From assembly GCA_032718475.1 (NCBI GenBank), contig JAUCBJ010005138.1:1-32383 (forward strand): 32,383 nucleotides of DNA, read 5' to 3'. Of this stretch, positions 11,531 to 24,100 are shown piece after piece. Numbering within the stretch: the first letter of the stretch is position 1; every line of letters starts with the position of its first letter. Made by a program: the position numbers and the translations under genes. The DNA is from Nemertoderma westbladi. Its lineage: Eukaryota; Animalia; Xenacoelomorpha. The notes under the pieces were generated by a model. The model did no database searches and was not told the origin of the DNA. It was given only the letters and a program-made list of their open reading frames with translations.

Positions 11531-12228
11531 GAAAGAAAGTACAAAAAAATATTTCACTATCAGTTGAATTTATCGTAAGGTTAATTATTGCATAGCCTTG
11601 AATTCACATCACCCCGGAGGAAAGTGGTGTGTTTAAACCCCCCAAATGGGCCATGGGAGTTTTCGTTGTGGTAACAATGCCGACGGACTGCAGCTCAACT
11701 ATTATCAAATGGTTATCACCATAACATTTGTGGACACAAACAGTATTGGCGACCAACGGACACTTGCACCTGTGGAATCACGATCACCCGCTGTAAACAT
11801 CATCCACTACGAATCCTAAGTCCCAGAGTTATTATTCTCAAAGCTACAAACTGCCATTTTTCTATCACAAATAACACATCATGGCACCTCCCTTCTTATA
11901 TCATAATAATTATATTTCTGTTATTGTTATATATAACAAATTTTAATAACAAATTTTAATCTGGTGCTTTATAAATAATATCTTAACTCGATAATGTATT
12001 GAATAAACTTCTACACATTCAATTTACACTAATTATAGTTAATTTATTTATTTACGTATTTGTAGTGTTTGGTTATTTGCACCGCTAAGTAATTTTCAAA
12101 TAACAAAGCAGCTGAAATGTTATTGGTGGTATACCATAAGCAGATTAGTTTCGGAGGATTCTAAAAATTTTTTTTTATACATTAATTGATGGAAATATAA
12201 TGGCGAAGTTGGGAATTGAAGCAGAACA

Positions 12229-15200
12229 ATGTCATTAGCATCAGTATTACAGGTTGGTGGTACTAACAGGGACATATTGATATTTACGATTTTAGTACCA
12301 TTGGTATTTAATTATTATTTATTACATGTTCGCGAAATTAAAGCACCGGCGCCAGAGCTGAAACTCTCCTGCTGGTTTTCCTTACCTAAATACTTTTTTT
12401 TAGATACATACATAGGTAGATACAGGTAGTAAGACACAGCTACTATAGTAACAGAGGTCCCAGTGATTGCATAATTGCCTCTTTACCTGTTATTTTTGCT
12501 TTTTTTTATTCCAGATCTATTTGGGATGGGCTAACAGTGTACTGGCTGAGATCGGAGAGTCGTTAGCTAACATTGCAGAGTTGAAAGATGGACGCAAACT
12601 CTGCGCTCTTGTGGATATATTGTCGTCGTCCACTGACTTGGTAGACCGTTGTTCCACAATGTCCGCCTTGGATCGCGTAACAACTCTAATAGAATTCCTT
12701 AGAAGTAAAGAAATCCATCTAGATGTTGACCCCAGAGGTGAGTGAGAAGACCTAGCGAACACGAATATAAGTTGAGTCCGGCAGTTTATAGACAGGAAGA
12801 ATATAAAATAAAAGCGATACATAGCTGGCTGTTTATTTATTTGTTTATTTTATATTATATTTTATTTACTCAATTTAATTTAATGCCGTGCATAATATCT
12901 AGTACATTACATTATAGTTAGTATAACTTTCGTTGGGCACACCTTAGCAAAGTCGGCAATGGGATCGAACTGGTGACCTTCGGGTTGGAAGTCTGACGCT
13001 CTAACCATTCAGCTAGCGGCTCAGCCCTCACATCTGTCAATACCATCATCTGCTGCCACTGTGCTCAACCCTACCGTACTTGGCCGTCTTTAACCACTCG
13101 CTACAATGAAAGGGTAGTGTATATTAACCATGAACCATGACGGCCATAATGATTAATTATACATTCCCAACTACTAATTTAGGTAGGACAGTTACACCCA
13201 TAGAGAAATGCGACCGGTATATTTCTAATTTATTATTGGTAATTTTGGTGAATGAGTGGTTTCATATATTATATCTCTCATTGGGCACATATATATAGTT
13301 AGAGCGTCGACCATAGGCCAGCACGAGTACAGTATATAGTATGTATACCACCGACAATATTATGGATGATTTATTATTGTCTGAATGATCTAATCCGATT
13401 CTCTATTCACAATCCCTTCCATCGACTCCTCCGATATGGGGGGAGAGGGGGGGGGGGGGGGGGGGGCTCTTGACTTTAAATCAACCGAAATTCATCCTTC
13501 TCCAGGGGAAAATCGGTAGAGGTAGAATCCATCCATAGAGGTAGAATGCTGGAAATCATAAGAGCTTACGGAATACCAAAAGTAATTGTCGCTGGCATCG
13601 AACTGTTTTTTTGTGACAGAGGTACTCTCACCAGATGGTGAAACTCAGTTCTTCTCAATCCTGGCTGGCGTACTGCAAGGTGACACATTAGCACAATTAC
13701 TATTTGTAATTGTACTGGATTACGCAATGAGGACAGCCACAACCGGTGAAGATCTGGGATTCACACTTCAAGAACGCAGAAGTAGTAGATATCCGGCAAC
13801 TACAGTCACAGACACCGACTTTGCGGATGACATCGCCCTGCTCTCTAATACGCTAACAGATGCACAGCTTCTACTAAATAAAGTGGAGAGGGCTGCTAAG
13901 GAGGTTGGATTGCATATAAATGCTACCAAGACCGAATTAGACTTTAAATGTTAATGGAAACTTGACAGCAATCACTAATAATCAACTAAGGAAGGTCGAT
14001 GACTTCCAGTACCTTGGATCATGGATAGAGAGTAGCAAAAAGGATATAGAAGTTAGGAAAGCAAAGGCTTGGGTAGCTCTATCAAAAATGGATACCATCT
14101 GGAATACGGGACGTCATCTGGACATACGGGTACCACTAACTCAATCGATGTGTCTGTTGTTCTGTCGTTCTGGTTCTGTTGTGTTCAATTTTAAACGTTA
14201 AACGCAGCCAAATCTCGATAAAATCTATCAAACTTGGTACACATGTAGTCTGGCAAAAGTTTAGAAATTTTCCAAGTTGAATTTGCGTGTGGCCTTCGAG
14301 AAGTTAAGATAATAACAGTTAATTAATTAAATTAAAATTAATTAAGTTGGTTAGGGTAAAAACAGCATTTTCAACATGACTTTTAAAGGAAATTAATTAT
14401 TTTATTGTATAAGATGTAAATAATTATACTTAAAAATTATACTGCTGCTGTAATCTCCATACCCCCTTCCATTATAGTTTTTAATTAGTTCAAGTGATTT
14501 GGTTTAAGAAATGTGTTTCTAATTGATCTAAACGTAATTAACTGTGTGTGTGTGTGTGTGGCTTTATTCCTCTCTCTTTGATTTACTGGTGTTTGGTTAA
14601 ATTTCTTGAATACAGAGTTTGTGATACAGTAGAATCGCTCAATATTAATCTGTATCTCATAACTAAGCCTCGTGCTGCGCGAAGGCCCCACGAACGTGTT
14701 CTTTAGTGGAAAGTGTACTTTTATACGGGGGTGAGACCTGATGAAATCACTTGAACAACGAATTGATGGTTGATACACAAGACTACTAAGGGCAGCCCTA
14801 AACAACAGCTGGAGGCAACACATGACAATCGATGACCGAGCTCTATGGTAGTGTACCACTTGTATCAAATACCATCCGTGAATGCAGATTAAGATTCAGT
14901 GGACACTGACACTGCCGGATAAGTAAACATGAGGTCATACCAGATCTACTTTTCTGGCTAGCAACTCATGGAAAGCGTAGTCGAAAGCGTAGTCGTGAAC
15001 GACCGGCTATGACATGTATACAAACTTGAAAGGAATACTGAACTTGAGAGAAACGAAATTGCGACAACTATGGAGAATCAGAAAGCCTGGAAGGATCTCA
15101 TTTCCACTGTCCGAGCTCGCATGACCTAGTAATATTAGTCGACATGGGATCTGAGGGCGTCTTACCCCCTGCACAATTGCATCCCGTAATTGCCAAGAGA

Positions 15201-18200
15201 GATGAGCCTTCGCGGTGCCTCTTGTTGTGTTTAGTATTTCACGTTCTTCGACAACCTAACTTTACTTAACAACTATATAACTTCCAAAAATAAAGACAAT
15301 AACAAAATAGAAAATGATTTTTTTTCAAAACAGCAAAATGTTTATTTCTATTTTTAATAGTTCAATCCGCAAAATCATGTAAAAGATTTTAGGTTTGGCA
15401 AAATTACTTATATTGTGCAACACGACGTTTGTAAAGAACATGATATATAAACTATAACTAGTTACATAGTTACGGAATATATATCAAGTTACATTACGTT
15501 ACAAAATGAGTTTATATTTGTGAAATTAGTACAGCAAATTCTCCGTAATTCAAATTACCATCGCCATCTGAATCGAAGTCCTTAAAGAATTCATCCATTT
15601 CCTCGTCGGTGAAACAATCCCCCATCTCGGTGAGTGCTTTCCTCAGTTCGTTTCTGTCCAACTGCCCATCCTGATTCAAATCGAACTTCTTAAAACTCTC
15701 CAGTAACTCCTCTGGACTCACGGTCATTGTCGCACCCTGATCCCGAACCAAAGTAGTAAACTCTTCGAAGTTTAATTCTTTATCGGAGGAATCATCGTAT
15801 AAGTGCATGTAGTTGTCGACATCGGCTTTGGTGGGTGAAAGTCCCAAACATTGGAAACAATCCTCCAATTCTGCTACGTCGATTGTCCCACTGTTATTCG
15901 CATCGTGTGTCTCAAAAACTTCCTTAATTTCCTCGTCAGTGGCTGCAGTCATTGTTAAACGCTGTGTTATTATTTAATAATTTCTACTAAAATAAAAATC
16001 AATTTATCAATATTATGATATTCGAATTACTTAATTGACTTGGCGGCAATTGGCGACCGACGAATATAATTGCTAATAGTTTGTTGTTGGTACTATGGCA
16101 ACGGCTATTACCTGCCAGTGGCAGTACCTACTTGGTTCAAGTTGAACTGCAGGTGTAAGTGTAACCCTGATAGGAGAATCGCAACCACACCATTATTCAA
16201 ATAAATCGTTTGAAGATACGGCTCCTTTCCCATAACATGCTATAGAGGGCTATAAGATTATTAAAGTAATACAACATAAAGTTATGGTTTTAGCAACAAC
16301 GAAAATTGTATTTTGTTGGTTTATCTGCTGTTCCTGATGTATTGTTACAATCTCATCAGTATTGTGTCTTAAAATTCAAGTCCCCTAACCCCCGTTCCAA
16401 CCCCCTAAATTTTTCACAAATCTTAATGAGTAGGAATTGCATGAAATTTAAAATAAGATCTTTAGCATCCATATTTTCAGAGGGTGAGGTTTTGTTTTAA
16501 TTGGTGACTCATTTCGATTCGAACTTATATTTACTTACTGAAAACTTATTTTGTCGACTCCAACCTCCAAGGATTAGATTATCTTCCAGCAGCTTACTAA
16601 GAAAGCTTTGCACAAGCCTAACAGCACTGCCATTGTTATTCTTTGGATGTTTTTTAAGGTGATGGTTATGGTGCATATATTTCAAAGTAGAGGTGTACTA
16701 TAGAGAGAGATACACTAATTGTTGACTTCTCTATATAAGGTGTGAAAAAATGCATATTTTAACTAAGTTCTATGAATAAATTAATCTACTATTCCCTGTG
16801 AAAAATAATTTTAATTTAAATGTGAAACCTTTATTTCTTGGTTAAATAAATCAGGTTGGCTTGCTAATCAATTATACGATAAATAAAAACAATGATATAA
16901 ATACTGTTTAATTGTAAAATAACTTTTCTGAATATTATCGAATAATTACAATCAGAAATTTTTCCGTATAAGCACAGCAAAGCAATACAATAAAATTAAA
17001 TATTTTAAAGAAATTATGAATGGTTTCCTGCAAGAAAAGTCAATTTAAACGTTCACGTCTTTAATAAATATTGAGTCCTTTCAACACGCTCGTTATGAGA
17101 GTGATTAACTAATATTCGGGATTTATAAGCTGATCAGCGCCAATCCAATAATTATATACCAAGTCTATTTTTACACCAGTACTTCTACTTTTTCGTAGTC
17201 TTGCATTTTGATGCCGAAGGACCGTCGATGGATGTCTCTGTCTGCACCGATACGATAGACTTACGGTCCTTCCGGTTGCGAAATGATGCCATCATTCTAT
17301 TAACACTCAAATGCAAATTATGAGATTGTGGATTGCGTCTTAGCGGTCCGGTTGGCAACAAGTGTCTGATTTTCAACCACGGATGATTCAGAACTTCGGT
17401 AGCAGTATGTCTTTCTTTGTGATTCACGTGCAACATACGAGAAATTAAATCTACAAAGTGATCTGTCGCGTGTTCCCAATGGTTGCGCTGAACTTCAATA
17501 TTGTAGTCCCCGGAAATAATCCTGGCAAAGATGGATCGCAGATCGTCCTCCTCGGAAATAGGGAATGGCGTCCGACCGGAGACCAAAACACAAAGAAGTA
17601 TGCCAACACTCCATATGTCCCACGCCTTTTCAAAACCATGATCGTCTCTCATTTCAGATGCGGCATGTTTGGCAGTGTACGATGTTGTCATCAACAAACC
17701 GTTTTCTGCGCGTAACTGTTTTGCAAATCCAAAATTGCAAATTCGAAGAGATGCTGGTGCTCGAGATTTATCTTTAAACATTATATTACTTAGGTGTATG
17801 TCTCTATGTGTAATACCGTGATCATGGAGGTATTCCAACGCCCCTATTAACACGTGCGTTATCCCTGCAACTTTCTTTTCAGAGTGATGTTTTTCGTGAG
17901 TAATATAGTTTAGCAAGTCGCCTCCTTCCATGATTTCCATTACAAGCAAGACTTGCTCCCCGTGGTCAAATAATTCAAACAATGTTACTATATTTGGGTG
18001 GTCATGGCCGACACGTTGCAATATGTTAACTTCTTCCGAAGCAACTTTCATTGTTTTGGCCATAACTTTTACGGCATAGCTACTACCAGTATACTTATCA
18101 ATACATTTATAATAAACACTTTCTGATCCTCTACCAAGTTCGCCTTTGATACGGAACTGTTTAACGAATATAGCAGGAAAGCGCGTGTGTTCTCGGGGTA

Positions 18201-21082
18201 TAGAGTCTTCCTCCACGGGATAATTAAAAGTTGTCTTAACTCCAAAACTGAATCCTCTGAAAAGGTTGTTAACACTTGGTCCAGCATCGGCTCCTCTTGG
18301 TATATTGGTCTTTTGTTTCATCGGTTGTGAATCTTGGGGGGTCGGTTTATATGGGGGCTTGATATCCTTGGCGTACAGTCGTTCCCAGCAGATGTTGTTA
18401 AAGAACTTGTGATCGCGGACCCTGGCAACACCACCACTACCCTCTCGTTCGGACACGGCCTTATCTTCAGCCTCCGGTTCATCTACGGCATCGTAGTCAT
18501 CCCCAGAATCGACTAAGTCTTCGCTGAAGTCATTGAAGTCATATCCCAGTCGGTTTCTCGGAGTCTTATTCAATATACAACGAAAAAAACTGTTAGCTTC
18601 TGGGGATAAACATCTTGGCATTGGAAGCTTCATTTCCTTTATATTCTGCACAGTTTCATTTCTATCCGTCCCACGAAACGGATAGAATCCTACAATAATC
18701 TCGTAAAAGACAACGCCGAAACTCCACCAGTCTGCCATATGTGAGTAGAAACTACGTGTGAAAACCTCTGGTGCAGTGTATTCCACCAAACCACTGAACT
18801 TGCTGAGGTTGAACTCTTCATCTCCAAAGTCATAAAAATTACACACAGCTTTACCACAAAGTAAAAAGTCTGCTAGTTTCACATGGCCATCAGAGTCTAG
18901 GAGTATTTTGTCGGGTTTGAGATCACGGTAAAAGACCCCAAGACTGTGTAAGTGTTCTAACGCCAGGACAACTTCTGCCATATAGAATTTCGCATCTTCT
19001 TCCGTAAACATAACCGCTTGAGATAGTTGAGTGTGCAATGGCCCTCCTTGTTGATAATCCATTACCAAAAACAGATCACCCAGGGTTTGAAATCCATAGT
19101 GCAGACCAACAATGAAAGGATGATGGATATTCGCTAGTATATTCTTTTCGGAATTAATTCTGATGATATCAACAATCTTTATAACCGCTTTCTTTACTAC
19201 TTTCATTGCATAAAGCTTGCCTTCATCGTCGCCTGTAAGTCTTCTTACAAGGATGATCTTACTAAATGATCCTTCACCGAGGTTTCTTATGAGGTCGTAG
19301 TGAGATTCATCAACATTCTCTTTGTTTTTCTTGAGAAGTTCGTCTGTTACTTCGACTATTTCCCCTTTGTCTTTGTGGGATAAACTGAACCTTCTGTCAC
19401 TTGTATCCACAGCCTTGCTGCTTCTTTGTTTTTGACACAAATTTTGCTGTAATTCATAGACGTGATGTGCAATAGGCATCTTAATCCAGGGTATATAAAT
19501 GTAAATATTATATGTATTGTAACTTAGGGATATTAATTATTGTAATTATATTTAGAATTAATAAATTATTATAAAAATATTTAGAGCAATTTTAAGAGTC
19601 ATGTCTTAGATCAGCCTTAGATATGTAGAGGTCTTACAAAATATACCCATAATGGCAGTATGGTCGAGAAGTTTTATAAATATCATAAAAGGAAGAGGGA
19701 GATAATACCGAATAATAGCGTGAGCAAGGTTTCGTTTGTCATCATATTACGTGTTGAGCGGCATGTTGGGTATGTATGGCTCGGTTACGACACCCAAGAT
19801 GTGTGTCCATACTATGGCTCAGCACTACAAGACGGTCAGCACGTTTTAACGAATTGTGAGCTAACTTATGGATTACCTAATAACTATTTATTAAGCCTAC
19901 ATATGATATGAAACAAATATATTAAATATCAAATATATTTTTCCCGCTGATCCTAGTTGTATTTATTCCCGAGTGAGCGCCAGCGAGACAGGGTAATTAT
20001 ACATAATATAAGGGATCATAAGGATAAAAAGCTATTTGTTTTCATCTAATTTTATTCCAGAAAATTTCCCATCCACCTCCCCTTGCTCACCATAGTATTG
20101 GTCGCACTTCGCTTCCAGGTAGTCCAGTAGACCTAATTACCAGAAATTCAACGACTTGCACTTCTGACTGAACGGATAGCAGTGTACGTCAGTAAGAACA
20201 GAACACTGCCCTTGATACGTCAGCCGTTGTTAGGATAAAAATTACCTTTGATGTACTTCCACTCAAGTATTATTTGTAGGCAAAAAAAGTCCCAAATAAA
20301 TAAAATTCGGAATAAATAATGTATTTACTGTAAGACTTTTGTATATTATATTTGTGTGTCTGTTACACTTATTGGACTAAGCTCCATTCCCGCCGATACA
20401 AGTAGGTATAGTGTGTGTTTTAATAGGTTTATAATTTATTGTACCGCTACTGATATTCAAACAATGTAATTAAAAGCGTGGTCGTTAAACGCAAATACCA
20501 TAAAATACTCCATATAATATGCCAAGCGATCTAAGATTAGTGTTGGAAGACAGTCAGTCCAGACAGTAGGCCTACCGGCATTCAATAGACAATTCGACAT
20601 AAGTCTACATTTTTATCTGAGTTTGTCTTGTGTGCTTTAATTAATTATGGCCGTGACACCGCCAGTTTGAGAAAGAATACACTTGATTAATTCGAATCAA
20701 ATAATGTACACAAATATTATTAAATTAAAAACAGCGATCTTATCGAAAAGACATTAACGACCTGTGTCAGTGGCGATGTGACTTAGAAGATACTATAATT
20801 ATAAACAAACCGATTTGTAAAAAAATGTAATATAATTACTAACTCGAGTATCTATATGTGAGACAGGGGTGTAAACTAGACGCAAATCCCATCTTGGCGA
20901 ATTAATATCCCGCCTCGATGTTAAATTCACAATTTAGGGAAAGGAGCTGGTTACAGTGGCACGTTATTTTAACCAAAACAATAAACTAAACACAATAGAA
21001 GAGGTTACAGTTTTATTTTTGAGAGTAATCAGATGTTATTTGCTTATAATTTCCCCTGGAGAGAGATTTTTTATTGCGTCCA

Positions 21083-21114
<32 letters not shown>

Positions 21115-24100
21115 TATATATTGTATATTACGGAGCCCCTAAAGGGACATTAATATTTATTTTCCTCAGCGGCTGTTTACGGTGACTTCAAGGCTCTCAT
21201 GGACATCATGTGGTCGCTGATTATCCACGGTACTGTCCACTCATTGGACAGACCGGCCCCACAGCGGACACTAAGGATTGGGAGACGGTTGCTACTAAAC
21301 TGGGCGTCCAGACAGACGTCAACAATCCGATTAGATTACAAAAGGAGTTTATCGGAAAAGTAAGGAAACCGCGAGAATGTATATCTTACGTCCCAAATAA
21401 ATAGTGAATCCATCCATTGTATGGGCACTAATAGATGTTACCGGTACTGCCAAATTTATATTACACTTCACGTTTTGTGAACGTTTTATGAGTGCAGGTC
21501 GCAACCCCAACTAGAAATGTACTGTACTTATTATACCAATACGATCATATGACTTGAGGTTTAATTGATATATTTTAGTAAAGGTTCAGTTGGAAAATGC
21601 CTTTAGGAGGAAAAAATTAAATGTTATTCGTTGTTAATTAAATTATTATTCGAAAATTATAATAATAATACGAATAATAATAATAATACGAAAATTATTC
21701 GTTGATAGTTAATTAAAGTGAGATCATCAATCATTTCATTATTATTAATTCATTACTTTAATCAGATAATATCAGGATAAGAGTTATTAATTTCAACCAA
21801 TACCAATAATAATTTCTGTACTGCAGGGAAATAATATTATTTTTCATCATCCTCCATCCGTGAAATAATTATTTATGATTATTTATATATTATATATGTC
21901 TGTAGTTTCGCTGACAACGACGCGCTGTCGGTTCTAATCTCTCAGTTTTGTCCGTTCCGGCCGGTGAACGAGGCGACTCCCGATAAACTCACGATGAATA
22001 CCACCAACGCGTTACTAACAGCTGATCACTCGCTACACATATCCAGGGATATACTCGATCCAGCCGCCGTTATTAAGGGAAACAGTGAAGAATATGCCTT
22101 AGCTTTATATTTAGGTTAGTACTTTATATTATGGTTGCACTTTATATTATGGTTACGTACTTTATATTATGACAGTGATATATTATGTTATGGTTATACT
22201 TTATATTATGGTTGTTCTTTATGAATCAGTTTTTACTTTGTATCCTTCACGTGTTCATCCCATTAACATAATGTTGTTGCTCCAATTTCAAACCTGGAAA
22301 AAGGGTTACTTAATTTTAATAAGTAAAAGTTGACTTAAATATTGTGGAGCGAGCGACGAAGTAAGCTAACTTCAACCGTGTCCATCAGTCTGTTTGTGAC
22401 TTGATGCTAATAACTTATCAATCCTCGATTAAATTAAACCAAACTTGGTACTCATGTAGTCTTTCATGGGTTCATGGGGGATCAGAAGTTCTACAGTCTC
22501 CCACTAGAAGGGCCATGCTTGCTTGCTACTTCCTTCGCGGAAGTCCCACGAACAAATAAACAAATAGTACCGGTAGGTCATATTAAAGTTGCCGCTTGTA
22601 TTTTGTGTAGCGTTATTGAAAAGGAAAACTACTATTCCAACCAATAACGGTTCAGGTGCTTCCAATAATAAACATGACAGTAAACTAGCCAATGGGGACA
22701 GAGTATTATTAGCATCTATGGGGGGAAGGACAACGGCAGAATTGGTGAGTAGACATACTTTCAGTATCAACAAAAAAAATTTCTAAAATTTTTTGCAAAT
22801 ATTTTTCAATTACGAAAATGACTACCTCTCCGTAAATTTAAAAATTGCAGATAGGGGGGACTCTTGGCGTAGGTATTAATAGACGCCTCCAGCAAAAAAT
22901 ATACTTATTGTCGAAAAATGAGTTATTGCTAAAAACCAATAACGCTTAAACTTCAACATTTTTTAAGTTAAATTAACTTCAAGTAGTAGTTAAGAATAAT
23001 TATCACACTTTAATTGATATAATAAATGATTTGTATTACTGTACTACCACATGTTGTACAATATGCATTAAAATCTACATTAATGAGCCATCACTCTGCA
23101 CCAACCCCACCAATCTAACAATAATAATTATTATATCACACAATAAATGATTTGATTTCTAGGGAGTTATACCGGAGCATATTGAGGTCGTGCGTGTAGC
23201 TAGAGATGCAGTTGTCGATGTTAGTAACGACTCTATGGACGACACGACCATAAAGTAAGTACCTTTATAATACATAATAAATTAATATAATATTAAGTCC
23301 CCCCCCCCCATCTTAATTTTTATGAACTGCTGTATGTATAGCCTCATTACTATTTGTCTATAAATCTTTAGGTCAGCCGAGGTCGATAGCGCCTTCCATA
23401 CGGAGAACTCTGAGGCGTTAACAGAACAAATGACGCCGAGCAAACGCCAAAAACTGAGTCTACAGAATACAGCACCGGCTGCAATAATGGTTACCACTGA
23501 GAACCAAGGTAACGTTATTATGAGATGCAACATAGCAGTAAGCAAAATAAAAATGCGATACAAAATAACTTAATCTTGTTAATTAAAGTTATTCTGGAAA
23601 TCTGAGTATTATATTTTAGCAAAAATACTTTATTCAAAACTTAAAATGTTATTTATTGCAGATTTCTTTTCGTCGTAAAATAATGTAGGATGCGGCGATA
23701 ATCGAGGTTTAACATTACATTACTCATCGCAGCAAAGTTATATTTAATCAATAATATTATATTCTTCAGATGATGAATCAACAATTGATGACGATTTTGT
23801 CAACATTGATAATTTATTGTGCGGGATCCCCGATGCTGAAAGTCGCAATAATGTTGAGGAGACAGTTGTAGAAGAGGAAAAAGAGGAAGAAGACCTTGTT
23901 AGACTTGATATTCATCGTAACGATACCACAGACGTTATAGACGATAGTGTAGACGGTGGTAAACCCGAGAATAAATCGGGATTCTTATCCAAAATAATAC
24001 AGAGTTTCGAAAGAAAAAAGGAGCCAAGTGGGGCAGAAACAGGGAAGGTTTCACCTGCAAGGAGACGCCGTGAATTAAACAAAAAAAATAGAGCGAGAGA

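Noticed and set aside
12955-13022. Functional tRNA gene
   Set aside because: A and B boxes are present but the acceptor stem is not convincingly paired; better explained as a SINE head or pseudogene.
17451-18516. Several small ORFs overlapping the RSK gene
   Set aside because: Shadow ORFs of the long kinase CDS with no independent signals.
21210-21404. ORF-track 64-aa protein MVADYPRY...
   Set aside because: Wrong frame; the spliced frame encodes the CH1/CH2 junction.
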